In this document: one piece after another, positions 50,871 to 64,000 of the stretch
How the letters are laid out: each line of letters begins with the position of its first letter
How positions within the stretch are numbered: the first letter of the stretch is position 1
DNA from: Patellaria atrata CBS 101060
Lineage: Eukaryota
Direction: 5' to 3'
Assembly (NCBI GenBank): GCA_010093705.1
Contig: MU006093.1
Span: forward strand, 189,785-253,784
Length of the DNA: 64,000 nucleotides
The notes under the pieces: generated by a model
What the model was told of the DNA's origin: nothing
Databases searched by the model: none
The model's input: only the letters and a program-made list of their open reading frames with translations
Made by a program: the position numbers and the translations under genes

Positions 50871-52163
50871 TTAATTCTTCTTGTTTCCGTGAGGAACGGA
50901 GCTTGTAGACTTCCTGGTAGCCTTGGACTTAGTATTCTTCGGGGTAGAAGTTGTACCAGGAACCTTAGGGACAAACTCGATACCGGGGAACAAGGTGATC
51001 TTGCCATGTTTGAAGTACTCGTCAATAATATCGACGACGCGGTAGACATCTTTCACGGACTTGTTCTTGCCGCAGCGACGGGAAAGAGTGAGAAGAACCT
51101 TGAGAGGAGTCGGGTCATGACGAGACTTCTGTTTGCTAGGAGGAACACCATCTTCGGGAACCTTCTTCTTCTCTTGGGATTTGAAATCGAGGTCAAGACC
51201 ATGGCGTCCTTTATTGCCGGCAGTGACATTGGTACCAAGACTTTTCTTGTCCTTAGCAGCATCATCTCTCATGTCCTCAGTAGCTTTGTCAGCCTTGGGC
51301 CTAGCAGTAGTCTTCAAGTTCTCCTGATCCGCCTTTTGCTCGCCATCTTTCTTCCAAAACTCCAGAACCTCATTCTTTTCGTTCTTACGAAGCTCGATGT
51401 CGTAGACGGTTCCGGGATGGGCATTTTCAATCAAGTCAAGCTGCTGGATGACAAGCTGGCATTTTCTCTTCTGCCAGTTAGGCTCGTACGAAGCACGCTG
51501 ATAGTGCTTGCGGCAGAAAAGGATGCAACAGTCCTCGATATCTTGGGTTTGGGACTTGTTGCGACCAAAGATGTCGGAGATAGCCTTGCGAGACTCACTC
51601 TTCTTCCATTGGCCGGTGTTGCAACCATAGCTATTCGGGTTAATCATACATTTGAATTCGCGGTTTGGTGTAGTTGTTGCAATCGGTACGTTGTCGGAGA
51701 CGGAAGTAACAGAGCCGTTGTCATCATCAGGCTCTACTTTGACAATAGAGCTGGTATTGGTGCATTGCTCGGTGGACTTTGACTCGTTGGAGGTCGTTTG
51801 TTGCAATTGTAAAAGAGCTTGAGCAGCTTGCACGGTTTCCCATTCATTACGGGCGAACTGCTCAATGGTTGGCCAGGTTTTGGATCGTTTCTTGAATGGG
51901 GAAATGTCAAGTTCCTCCTTATCGACGCCGAAAGGACTGGCGGTTGACTTGCGGAGCTCACCGTCGCTCGCACGCCTCTTGCGACTTCCTGGAGGACCGT
52001 TAAGGATCGCCAGGGTATCTGTAAGACTCTCGATGCTTGTGGCGACGTCTTTATATTAGTTAGCCTAAAAGACTTGCAAATGAAAGCTATGATAGATTCT
52101 TCTCTTACCTTTGGCGGGGTTGAGGGGGTCTGAGACCGGGATCTTGGGATTTTGATCAGACAT
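50871..52163 (-). CDS. Fungal hypothetical protein with RKAIS.IFGRNK...CRKHYQR motif (family often annotated 'ORP1-like')
   Basis: Exon 1 MSDQNPKIPVSDPLNPAK, intron at 52049-52108, then an open frame to 50871. Conserved-looking Cys/His core and FPGIEFVP near the end. Confidence 0.75.
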
Positions 52164-55100
52164 GATGAAAGATTGAAGGCAGCTCGTTCGAGAAAGGGGT
52201 TGATGATAGATAAGCGTAGAGTGCGTTAGGGATACAATAAGTGCTACGAAGTATAAGATCAACGTCCAGACGCTGGCTTATTGGAAAGCGAAACAGGTTT
52301 GATGTTGTCGTTCGTTACAAGAAGAACGATTTCGTTGCGAAGTGTTGTTGGTGGAAGAGAAAGATTAGAGAGAGGAACTGCAGTGCGAGAGATATAAAGG
52401 TGGCTGGAAGTTAGCCGAAGAGCTAGCAGGTGAGGTCAGATTGAGATCCAATGTGACAATACAAAGCCAGCGGAACAATAGAATGTTCAATAGCTTGGCC
52501 GTCACATATTGACACAGCCAGTGCTGCTCAACTCTTATTGGCTGATGACTTGGATGTGGCCGGCGGTGCGTTGGCGGGATACCCATCGTAGATATATTCA
52601 GGTGACCTATCTTGACTCTATTGTTATGAATAACGGCGAAACTGCGGCCTCTACTCAGAAATATCAGCCGGTGCCGGTGTTCGTCCTTGAACAATGTAGG
52701 CTGTCTATAAAATCTCTGCAATAGTGAAGCAGGATGGTCTCGCATTTAATGGTGTCATAGTCTGTACCGATGTGGTGAATGTGAACAAAATTCAGCTCAG
52801 GGCCTGTCCAGCAGCTGAAGCTGACAAAGTAGTTTACAAAGCAAACTCTGAATCTTCCAGGGAGACTTCAGATCGAAGACTCCTTTCAAGTTGCCAGTAG
52901 ATGTTCTATATGATCGTTTGGCAAGGTAGTTGATTTAACTATCAACGTCAGGCTGGAATGAAAGAAGCTTGGATCAGGTTTCGACTTACCCACCAAATGT
53001 TACGCGACCACTCTTTCAAAACATTTCTACCAATTGATAGGCACTCCTAACAAACATTATTGATGATTGGGCAGAGCGAACAAAGACTTCAAGGTCGTCT
53101 TGTATCTTTAAGCTCACAACTACCGGGAGCAATTGGAAGACCAGAAATCCGCGTCGCGACTCTTCTCGGACTTCCTACCAAGAGCGGCCTAAGAACGATA
53201 CTTGAAGCAGAGAATAGCCCTGGAAGATGGAGGAAAGAAGAGATTGGAGAACGAGAGCAATTGTTGTCAGTGAGTCCAAAGGTTCCGCGCAGGGATGACT
53301 CTACGTGCATGGCCGTCGACTTATTCTAGCTTCCAGAGACAGCATGGACCGTGTCCCTTGGATACTACCCAGCCATGAGAGGTCGATTCTATTTCGATCC
53401 ACTGAAATTAGCGTAAGCTTCAAAGGAACTTACACAGATGAATTAGGAGTGTGAGCAAGTCCCGGGGAGCATACCATGGAGATTGATTGAGACAATGAGG
53501 GCTCTGTATAGGTTTGAGTTATATATGTAAGATAATACCTTTGGTTTTACCCGTGACTAGTACTTACAGCTTTTTGACGTAAACTTGACACTGTCAGCAC
53601 TCTGAGTAATCTAGCATCGTCCGATAGTCGGGTAGAAGGTTGCTTTACCTGAAAGAAAACTTTGCAGCGATGTATATCCAGTCGAACAACAAACAGAAGT
53701 TATGAACAAAACTAAGCGAAAAACGAATTTTTAATAATCCTTAGGATCTTTACGCAAAGACTTCAATTAAGAGACAGCATATGGGGATTCCAGAGTGGCC
53801 TTAGAATATAGTTTCTTCCTCGTCCTCGTTTTCGACAAGATTTTCACCGGCCAATAACGACACAGATGTTTTCGAAGAAATGCCTCATATTTCGATAGAT
53901 CTCAAGCAGACCTATACCTCCTCGCAGCTTTCCTCCGAGCTTGGGAGTTATTGAAATAGTGGAGACGGCGACTAGGAGAAGAGCTAGGAAGATACAATAG
54001 TAGGCTTCCAGTTGATATCGGAGTTCCCACTTCTACACAGCAATGACTCTGCTAATGAAAGAGCATATGTATCGTATAGTGTGACTTTTCCGCGGAAAGG
54101 GATCAACTATACTGAGAACGTTCAGCTATATTTGACACAGAACGCGCAGTCTCCGATGGGATGTTTCTTCCCGCAGTCTCTACCGGACTGATACATATAC
54201 CGATTCCTTATATATTGGGATGCGGATATTCTTAGCCATCGTCAGTATCCGGCGATAGCAAATTATTAAAACTAATGAAGTCGATTTATTATTCCTAGTG
54301 GCAAAATGAGTAGATCCATACCAGGCCGAGAGAGATCTTTCGATAAGTCATTTTTTCTATGAGAGGCGTCAAAGTTGCCAATCAGCGATACGATTCTCCC
54401 CAGTGGATGTTATTTATTATACTTCACCGACTTATGGTGCACCAGACCGGTTTAATTCTGTACCACTTTCCTAGGTAACGGGTTGTTTTGCACAAGATGG
54501 GCTTTTCTCTGATCAAAATACAGCATTCCAAGGTTGACTGTCATCAGTGGATTAGCAGTTCTGGGTACAGAACTGGACGTCAACTTTGTAAGACCGTGGG
54601 ATATAATCCCTTGGAATAAGATCAAAGGAATAGCTCATCTTTCGGAGAAACCAGTCGGAAAGAGTTATCGAACATTATCATTCAGATTCTGAAGATAATC
54701 CGTATGTTATCGTTCGTTCGCCGTAGACCGGTTCTTCTATAGGGTGAAGGCGAAAAGCCTCGCTCTGTTTCATTGATTTCGGCAAATAGAGGTCACTTCA
54801 GACGATATTACCATCCTATCTAGGGAAGGCCGAATGAAGTAATCGACCACTAAGAGAGATATAAGGAGGAATAGTGCCCCCTCCATGATTATTTCATACA
54901 GTATATGGAGATTTTCGATCCATGTGTCCGGAAACTGATCGGTGATGCGGTCGCCTGGCTTGGGACCAGGAAAGGAGTGAGCGCCTCATCGTTACATATT
55001 ATCATTTGGACTTGCAAGCAGCATATGATATTCACGGCTTTGAAATTGCACAGCGAGTAATCACAGAGAAACTGATGGAAAGAGTAGATGTAAGTCTCGT

Positions 55101-56101
55101 TTGATGAAGTGTCTGAATGTAGTTTGATAGCTTCGTAGTTCTTTCGAAGCGCCTTACCAAAAGAGTTTAGGTGGACTCATGAAACGACCAAACTTTAACG
55201 AGACATCCTCCCTTTTCGCTGTCAAGCCGTTCCGATCTCAATTCTTTCCATTCAAAAGTTTTACCTTAGCTACTAAGTACACAGTTAATTCAGGCCCTCA
55301 TTATTGTGCCTGTATTCGGGTACTATGCTTACAACACCTACCAGGATCGTGGGATAGAACCAGCACGTCTACGGAGTACTCTACATCGCTCAACATTTCC
55401 TTATTAAACGACCACTAGTGTCGATGCTTAAGGTCTACACCATGTCTGGTTACATTGTGCGACATGGTACGCCTCACTTATTCACCTATTTCACTGCGTT
55501 TTGTCTACCCGGCCTCAAAAGGCAGTTCAGACGACGCCCCAAACTCGAATTAAAGATCGTCGTTCGCCGCTAAGTTTGTCCCTGTCCTTGGCAAATGTCG
55601 GGAAATACTTCCATAAGATTTTGTTTAGCATACCTCCAAACATCCCGCCGCTTTAAAGTCAATGCTTAGACTCCCTCGAGCCTCTACAAGCTTGCAGTCA
55701 AGCATGTGATTGATTTTGGCCCGGGGTTGATAGCCTCAGATGAAGTTTCAAACGAGGATACATCTTGGGGTTCTATGGGGTACAGCATCACCATGGTCTA
55801 ATATGGTGAGTTAAGACAATCTAAACCGTTTCTACAAAGCTCTTTGCAGGTGGCCTGATATATAAGAGCTCCAAGAGAAACTTTGTGGTCCGATCCTCTC
55901 CTTCTCTAAGCAGGCTTCAATCTCTTCTTTCGCTTTTTGCTCTATTCGATTCATTCTGTCGCTGGACCGATAGAGCCTTTTATTTCCTTTATTGAAGAAC
56001 ATACCCTTGCACTCTAAGCAAATCAAACCTCCAATCAAGACTTTACCAATCATTCATTTCTCTTGTCTAAGAACATTCAAGTCACCTTACACTTTCTCAA
56101 G

Positions 56102-56769
56102 ATGCTTATCCAATCCTACGTTTCTTTACCCTTATGGGTTTCGCTATCGCCCTCCCTCTTAACATCAATCTTGCAGCTTATTCTCCCGCATTGGTAGTCG
56201 GTGATGGTGAAATATCACTTGGTGGAGCAGAAAGTGCAAGCGAATTGATGGAGATATTGGCCAGTGGTGCCGCAAGAAACGCTGCAAACAACGGTGGTGA
56301 GACACCTCCAGTCCAACAACAAGAGGTGGTGACAACGCAACAAGAAACGTCTGCTGAAGAGGGAACACCAGCGCTAGAAGGTGACAACGCTGCCCGCGCC
56401 ATCGAAGAGAGATTGGAGCCCACAACCCTTCCCAATCTGATAAAAGCTATCAAGAAGAGGCAAACAATCGACAACCTTGATGTACCAGTCACTCGTGCAG
56501 AATTCGAAATGCTCAAGCGCGATCTCGCTGGCTTCTGTGAGGCACTCTAATTCGCAAGGGAGGCACAGAAGGAGCAACCGAAGGTTGAAATGGGAACCGG
56601 TCACGAACGCTCTGGTGTCGGTCTTATTATACATTCTGGTGTTGACGTCCCAGCCGACAGCGCAGCAAATGGTGCCGAGCCTGTCCGTCGTGTCAGGAGA
56701 GACGCAGCAGAGGCCGCAGCACTAGCGGAGGACGGTAAGATTACGCTTTTGGCGATCACGGAGATTTGA
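56102..56769 (+). pseudogene. Disrupted gene for a conserved fungal secreted protein (PLNINL.AYSPALVVGDGEIS type)
   Basis: ATG at 56102 (MLIQSYVSL...) is out of frame with MGFAIALPLNIN. An in-frame TAA at 56548-56550 interrupts KRDLAGFCEAL*FAREAQKEQPKVEMGTG, and the frame continues to TGA at 56767-56769. Confidence 0.7.
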
Positions 56770-57699
56770 TTCACCCGTCTTGTATGTTCGTAGAGTGCTC
56801 GTGTCAGGTTCTTAGCAAAGGGCAGGTGCAAAAGAATTTGTTCCGAGTATGGCTTGGTGATATTGTGTAAATCTTGTATAGAGAATCACGACTGTGTTAA
56901 TGCATAGAAACATAGAGAAAATAGCAAATAGACTGCTACTTCAATCACTTTTTGATTGTGCTTAAGAATGATTCGTGAAACGCTAAGCACGTTCGTTGGA
57001 AGAGTACTGCCCATAAATCATGCAGATGCATAGGGGGCAACTGGAAATTCTAAGCATCCTGTTCCATTTCCTAAGCAAAGCTTGTGGGAATTTCAATCTC
57101 TTGGGATTAGGCTCAGACAGCGGTAAGACGTAACGAGATGCATTTTCTAACGTTTGATCCGTTCTACAAGTCAAACTAGTTTCGAAAAGCGTTGTGCCAT
57201 TCGAACGACTAAGTTAGCTTATCCCAACCGCCAACCTTTTTTTTATTTTTATTTTAATCTGTTGTATTGCATTATCTACAATACTGCGCATGCAGCCTCT
57301 TGGGCTGTGGCGCTCCTCTTCTATCTACGTAAATCCCTATTCTAAGGCAATAATATCTCTAGTGAGAGTGTCTGAGGATTGAAGCTTCCCAGTTGTTCAA
57401 ACTTTGTAGTCTAATCCAAGCATTAGAAGAACTGAACCAATTCCACTATATCCTTTGCTCTTCAATTCCCTGCGTCATATATCGATCTAGTTTTCTCCCT
57501 GTATGCTATCATTTTTAATATGTTTCTTGTTCTTCTTCATTGATTTCTCTTCTGTCGGATTGCTGCAGTAGCTCAGAAGATGCGTGGCTTGACTCTCAAA
57601 AGAGTGGTACTATCTAGGTGTTATATACTGCAGGTGTGTACCAAAAAGGACGGAACAGTATGAAATCTATGTCTTAGAAAACAACGAAAAATAGTACCA

Positions 57700-59010
57700 A
57701 CAGTAAGAACTAAAAGATAGTACTGTATCAGATTAGTAACCCTGGTTACTCCGATACTATAGTCCGTGGTGTATTAAGCGAGCACCACGTTTATCCTGGT
57801 TACCAATATTCTGACATCTTCTATGTAGGAGCCAGTAAGCTGTTGAGATTTGTGTACTATGTAAGTATTGGAAGAGTACTTCTTTCCCCTTCTCTGTACA
57901 AGAGAGTTTTGTTAATGTCATTCTTGACTTTAGCTGCTTTTCCATGATTTTGCGTTCCTTGGAGTAATGTTTGCAGTGAAGAATCAGGTGTCTTGGCTTT
58001 GAATAAGCCTGCACTCTCCAAAACATTTCCCTTCAGTATCCTTTCCAATTCTTTTGGAGTATGATTTGAAGAAGCATGCTCCACTCCTCAACTGAAAGAA
58101 TGCTGCTTGAGTCCTCTTTGGATATTTTGGGATTGATGATTTGGTTGACAATAAGATTGCTGCTCTACACACTTGGGTGTAATGCTTCCCTTGTCTTCTG
58201 GGTTTGTTTCCCATTGCTTTTTCCAATCTGTCATAATCTTTTCTCTACTTATACGTTTCAAGTGGCTAAGTGAGGTGAATGATGCTTGTACAAATTTCCT
58301 TTCTGATCCAAGTTTGGCCAGTTTGTCTGCCAGCTCATTGCCAAAGATGCTTTTATGGCTTGGAACCAAGCTGAAATTGACATTCATGCCCCATTCTGTT
58401 GTTAGGATGTTATACTGATTGCCTATCGGTGTGACTAGTTCTTGTTCTCCTTCAAGGCAGTTCTTCTGTAGTCTTTTAATTGCTGCTTGGCTATCAATAA
58501 AGATCCAAACTGTTTGGGAAGTTGAATTTCCCTTTTCTTGTTCTTTTCTTTCCCTATTTTACAAGCTCCTGCTGCGTTTTTGTTGTCATCTTTTGACCCA
58601 TCTGTGTATTACACACTGGTCTTTCCGTCCTTCAATTCTGGTGCTAGACACTTGAGTAGCTGATTGTGCTCCTTAGCAGCCTTCTCTTTGTCCTTCTTGG
58701 AGATATAGATGTTTGCCTACATTGTGTCCTTCCAGGGTGGTGTGCATTGTGCTATCATTCTCTCAGTCTTCCAATTTCTTATAAGCGTTTGGTTCCTAGC
58801 TATAAGCTTCATCAGTTGACTTTTAGGGCTGGTAATTGTCAGACGGCTGATCCCCGATAGCTTTATGTTGGAAGATCGTCAGGATCTCCAGGAGTTCGTG
58901 TTGGAGATTTTCAGAGCTAAGTGCTCGGCTCCGACTTATAATATCGTTATGTTCGCCTTGATTTGGAGATTACGTAGCTAGGCTTTGTGATGTCAAAGGG
59001 TTAATTACTG
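57700..59010 (-). mobile_element. Degenerate, internally deleted non-LTR retrotransposon (Tad1/I-type LINE): RNase H, Cys/His C-terminus and a gag-like remnant
   Basis: RNase H motifs VWIFIDSQAAI and LVPSHKSIFGNELADKLAK; FFQLRSG...KC..C...HLILHC. Multiple frameshifts and AT-rich composition; no RT domain visible. Confidence 0.8.
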
Positions 59011-59821
59011 AGGTAGTCTGTCATTATATAAACACTAGATAGAATCCGTAGTTGTACGAAGAATCAAGCGACTATATTCAGTTATCCACAATCTCACAGG
59101 AATATACTTTATTGCTAAGTTCTCCATCTCTGACTCATACCCTAGGCATGGCTCTAGAATATCTCTATCACATTCTTATCTAATCATTTTCTTGACCAGA
59201 TGATTTCCTGGAATTTTAGAGTTCTGAGTGCGTAGGAGTTACAGAGTTTCTCAGATCTGACGGCTGGAGCAGGTAGGGCTGCTTCAATCTCCATGGCCAT
59301 GCCCAACCGCCAACCACTAACCTCTCTCCTCCTTCATTTTACTTTATAATCATTATTTCATTCTACGTACTTTCATTCCCAATGTTATATTAGAGAGACG
59401 GATCCCTTATCATTCTCAAGGGTTCACTTCTTAATCACTCACATAAACTATATACATAGATCGTGGGGGAGATATAGCTGAGTGATTGAACTGCGTTTGT
59501 TTTCCATCGCATGATATATTAGTGCAGGTTTATCAAACTCAATTTCAATCACAGGAGTTATTATTTAATCACTAAAATGATAGGACAGTCTAGGTACTAT
59601 CTTTCTTATACCACAGTATCTAGCCATTCCAACCCCTATCTACATATACCCTTCCGGTTTGTTGAATATTACTTTGAACAGCCATCGCAATTATCGCTAG
59701 CGCAACTATTTAACTCGACTCGCGCTACGTATGACAGAATCCAAAGACATTGCTATTAAACATCATCAACGTCTAAAGGTTGTCGTTATTGTGCTCTCCT
59801 CGAGAGTTATGTCGCATCCAC

Positions 59822-60469
59822 TCACAAATGGAGTGTATTTTCCTCTCGAATAGCGCGCGGCTCCTCAATTTCTTGTAGTGGTATGCGATTATACCATTTG
59901 ATTTGATCTTTCAAGATAGCGTTGAACGAATCGTAAGTCTCCTCCTCTGGCTTCGGTATGTGCTCCTGGAGGAATGTCCACCGAAACCGATGCGTGTAAT
60001 CCACTTTCGGGATAGATTCCGGAGGACATAACTTAAACCAGTCGGTATAGACATATCTGGCTCTGAAATGAAAGCCTCGGACGCTCAGTCTCTCATCCAC
60101 AAGACGCTTGATGAACCACTTCAACAATCCAATCTTCCATTTCTCTGTTACGAATCCGTCGACGGTACATTTCCAAGCCGGTCCCGGAGTTAGTTTCGTA
60201 GAGGTATACTGGACTGTACCTTTGAAATCGGCCAATATCAGGTCCATTTTTACAGTGAGAATGTTGGACATCACCAGTGCGCATCGGATGGCCCGACACC
60301 TCACCAATTTGCTGAGTTCTTTATACCTACCATCGCGTAGGTCAAATTCAATTTTCATACTCCCATCAAGGGAACAGTGGATAACATCGAGTGCCAATTC
60401 ATTGATCTCCGGGGCCGTCATGGGTCGTAGCTCAAAAGGTAACCTTGTGGTTATAGCGTTCTCTTGCAT
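59822..60469 (-). CDS. Hypothetical protein (215 aa), paralog of 61036-61737
   Basis: Intact ATG-to-stop ORF sharing ordered motif blocks with its neighbour. Confidence 0.75.
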   Translation of the reverse strand: MQENAITTRLPFELRPMTAPEINELALDVIHCSLDGSMKIEFDLRDGRYKELSKLVRCRAIRCALVMSNILTVKMDLILADFKGTVQYTSTKLTPGPAWKCTVDGFVTEKWKIGLLKWFIKRLVDERLSVRGFHFRARYVYTDWFKLCPPESIPKVDYTHRFRWTFLQEHIPKPEEETYDSFNAILKDQIKWYNRIPLQEIEEPRAIREENTLHL

Positions 60470-61035
60470 TTTGAGTCAACAATGTGGTAGTGTGTTCCAA
60501 AATATGTGGAATGATCTCTTGATTCTTCTTGCTGTCAGGGTTGGAAGAGAAGATGGTAAATTTTTACGGTAGAATTGCGTCTTTTGTAGTTTTTTAAATG
60601 AAATCACGCACGGCTACTCTAGGTTCAATATTTTCATTAACACTCCATTACTCCTACTATGACCCCACTTGTGACACGTTTTGAACTTACGTCGTTTGTT
60701 CAGTCACAAGGTTTAAAGGCTGTTGAAATCTGAAGTGGTATAGCCCTGGACTCCATGGGTCCTTTAAACTACTACGAGGGGTTTAGCAGTACGCAAATTA
60801 GTCTAAAATCATCCAGTGACAAGTTATATAGCCAATGTACGATCCCCAAAGAGTCCAAAGAGTGCCAAACCGTAGCGAGATAATGGATAATACATGTTGA
60901 ATACTTCAGTACAAACAAAAAACTTTCCCACAGTCCTAAGTCGCTACTTTCAAAGTTTTACAAAAGAAGTATGCATATCCTATAATATGATCTTTCCATT
61001 TCTACCTTACTTTCTGCTATTTCAATCCGGATCCT

Positions 61036-61737
61036 TCAACGTCGGCGATGTCTTAATGGGCGCATCATATCGCGTTGGAACCGAAAAATGAGTGGCTGAT
61101 TGATCTCCTCAATTCGTCTGCGATCGTACCACTTGATTTGATCTTTCACAACGTCGTCGAACGCATCGTAAACATCGAGATCTACGTATGACTCCTCCAC
61201 CATGTCACTATCAAAGGTCCAATGGAGTCGATGTTCGAACCTGTCTTCCGGCATCAACTCCGGGCGACAGAGGGCAAACCAATTCTGCAAGACAGCGGTC
61301 GTTTGATGATGATAGCCCGTGAAGCTGAGTCTCTCGTTGACGAAACGCTGGATAAACCACTTCATAAATGGGATCATGGTTCTGTCTCTCACGTGTCCCT
61401 CTACGTGACATACCCAGAGAGGTCCTCCATTCATAATAGCGAAGCTCGGTAGACTGAAGTACGATTTATAAGAGATCTTACCACGATAGTCTTGGAGCAG
61501 CAGGTCTAAATTGATTGACAGCGTCTTCGCGCGCCATAACACACTTTCGATACTGAGCTGCTCTAGAATCTCCCGGTAAATGTTGTATCTATCTCCGGTC
61601 AGATCAAGTCGAAGCTCTCGGGCATCCCATCTCGAAAGCGGGGTCCAGGAGATAGTACCCCCTGTTCTTCTGTGCAGAAGCTCTCCTGTTTGATAATAAT
61701 CCGACGGTTGCATTAAGAGATGTATTATGCCTGGCAT
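61036..61737 (-). CDS. Hypothetical protein (233 aa), paralog of 59822-60469
   Basis: Intact ATG-to-stop ORF. Shared motifs include KWFI.R.V.ERLS..G.H, WF.LC.PE, HR..WTF and YD.F....KDQIKWY.R. Confidence 0.75.
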   Translation of the reverse strand: MPGIIHLLMQPSDYYQTGELLHRRTGGTISWTPLSRWDARELRLDLTGDRYNIYREILEQLSIESVLWRAKTLSINLDLLLQDYRGKISYKSYFSLPSFAIMNGGPLWVCHVEGHVRDRTMIPFMKWFIQRFVNERLSFTGYHHQTTAVLQNWFALCRPELMPEDRFEHRLHWTFDSDMVEESYVDLDVYDAFDDVVKDQIKWYDRRRIEEINQPLIFRFQRDMMRPLRHRRR

Positions 61738-64000
61738 TGTGCTTCAAAGAGAGGTTATCTTCCAAGTTCGATGTATAACGATGATGTCTAGAGTAATTGC
61801 AAGAATATCGGGAAATGGTTTAGTTGGCGTAGAATCTGTAGTGGATGCTCAATATTTATACTCTTTTATTAATATTCTTCTATTCTATGTGTGACTATAA
61901 GACTTATAGTTATGTCCTATTGCAAAGCTTTATGTTTTAATCATTAATAATGTTGAAGAGCACTAAGTAATATGGGGACTGGACTATACAAGCCTACTTC
62001 GAAGAAATGGGCCGAATACATGTTTCACGAGGATCCTTTCTCACTCATAGTCATTATATGCATATTCTTACTGATATACAAAGAACTGGTTCCAATTTAC
62101 CTCGCCAACAAAACCATGTCATCTCATATCGTAAAACACCAAAAAAAGTTTGGTCTGGGTAATTAGGTTCGCTGATGTGAACTGTACTTATACTGCTAAT
62201 GCGCAGTTTCAACCCAAGTAAGTGTAATGATATTGAGTAAGGGCTCCTGTGATTTACAATGTTTATAGTGAAGTAGCATAAATCAAAAAATGGGACAAAT
62301 CTCTCACTATCTTTCGCGGAGGTCCTTCTACGATTCCCGAAAATTATTCCTCTACAAACATATGCGCTTATTTCCCGACCACCTGACCCCAGATTTACTT
62401 AGTGAGTAAAAATTCTTGTTTTTATAAACATGAATCTCAACCCAACTCCCCCATGATCCAACAACCACACGTCTCTAAAATCTTTCCACGACAACTCCAT
62501 CATCCAACACCCACACTTCTCTACAATATGCACACAACCACCATGGAAACACCCTTCATTGAATATGAAAAGCTCTGACCTATCTTCTTTCCTTTCCGTG
62601 ATGATATCGCTCAACATAGTGAAAAATAGTCCCGAACCCATAGCTTGAATGAGATACTAAGGTTTGATGTACATCCATGGTAAGAATTTAGGATTTCATG
62701 AGCTCCTTCAAAAGTCGGGTTCATGGTACCGTTGTCCAACTTGCAGCCTAGAGGTCTCCAATGTCAATCCTCTCCGACGTCAATCTTATCCTCTTCTCCA
62801 ATGAGACAAAAACAAGTGATAAGAACCAAAGCTCCCAAACCCGCAACACCCCAGCTCCACTTCACCCCAAACGCACATGATTCCAGTCCCATTATCCTTT
62901 TAGCCATACGAGTATTCTAACCAACCGACCTAGCACCACGCTCTGACATATCTTCCGCATCTACCCTCGAAGTTAGGGGATATGAGAATGGGGGCTTTTA
63001 GCTCCGGCTGTACCTTTTGTGTCTTAGGTTAGGTAGGGAGACGGCCGGAAGAGAGAGTACTGCCGTACCAAGTGCGGCCTGATTGGGTGTTTGAATTTTA
63101 GATTATCCGTACGTAAGGAGTGAGTGCTGAGGAAGGGATTAAGATAGATAATGGTATTCGTCGAGAAAGGAAGAAATAGCCCATGAGATCAAGCATTGAT
63201 TCTGGCTAAAGAGATGTTTCGTGAAGTGATTATGGTATCGAAAAGGCAAAGCGAAAGTGAGTTCACAGAGTTCCACTATGCGAAGGAAAACTGTGACCGG
63301 ACCGGCGATCATTCCTTTTTTAAGGAATGTAGGTTAGTGTTATAGTGAGGTTGAGAAATAATAATCAATATAATTATTCTGGTATACCCCCAAACGTTAA
63401 AAAGCGAAAACCAACGTCTTTGCAGTTGAGTGGTGCTGGGTAGCCCGCCATAAAACACCAAATCCCACGCTGGTAATACTGAGGTAATGGACAAGTTTGT
63501 AAGAACAAACCTGCACAGCGTTCCTTCGTAAGCCTTCACCCAGTAGATACGCGGCAAAAGGAGCGCATGACTCTAAGAAGATTCTTACACCGATGAACCC
63601 TAATACAAAGACTGTGAGGTAGTTGAGATTGGTGCGTACACGAAATACCTAACATACTACCGTTCAACGGAACAAGGACACAAACTACGAAAATGCAAAA
63701 TACCTCTCCAGAACACATTCTCGTAAAAGTAAAAAAGCGCACATCTTGATGAACATTATAATACCAAGTATTCCCCAAAATAAAAGAGCACAAGAATGTA
63801 GCATCGATAATCATGTAATTGAGAGGTAGTAAACTCACCTGTAACGGTACTACTATAGATAGAATCCCCAACTTAAAAAACTTCATAACTCCTCTCCGCA
63901 ACACTTTAACATTCAGTTAAGACCAGTAAAAGAAAGGTCTTCTCTTAGGGGATATTCCTATATCTATAATACCATACACATTCCAGAAATAAAGGCACAA

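Noticed and set aside
50889..51782. 297-aa plus-strand ORF
   Set aside because: Antisense shadow of the minus-strand gene, with no motifs of its own.
62300..63904. Hydrophobic or Cys-containing short minus-strand ORFs
   Set aside because: No coherent gene model or motif; may be decayed genes.

Overview
Eukaryotic DNA, most likely a filamentous ascomycete (Pezizomycotina), judged from short GT-AG introns with CTRAC-type branch points, a Zn2Cys6 transcription factor, a HET gene and AA9 genes. A housekeeping-type block at about 8-28 kb holds an OSH3-like oxysterol-binding protein, CDC45 with an MCB box, an amidohydrolase-3, a MOT1 molybdate transporter, CCDC124/Lso2 and a conserved hypothetical gene, with a HET-domain gene inserted among them. 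Accessory DNA surrounds this block: two paralogous AA9 LPMOs with an unusual copper second sphere, an intronless GH2, an AA3/GMC oxidoreductase, a signal-peptide SET-domain gene whose stop codon lies in a 17-bp x8 minisatellite, a bacterial-type S1B serine protease, a tandem pair of orphan paralogs, a decayed LINE and several pseudogenes. All family calls come from reading motifs by eye; no database searches were run.
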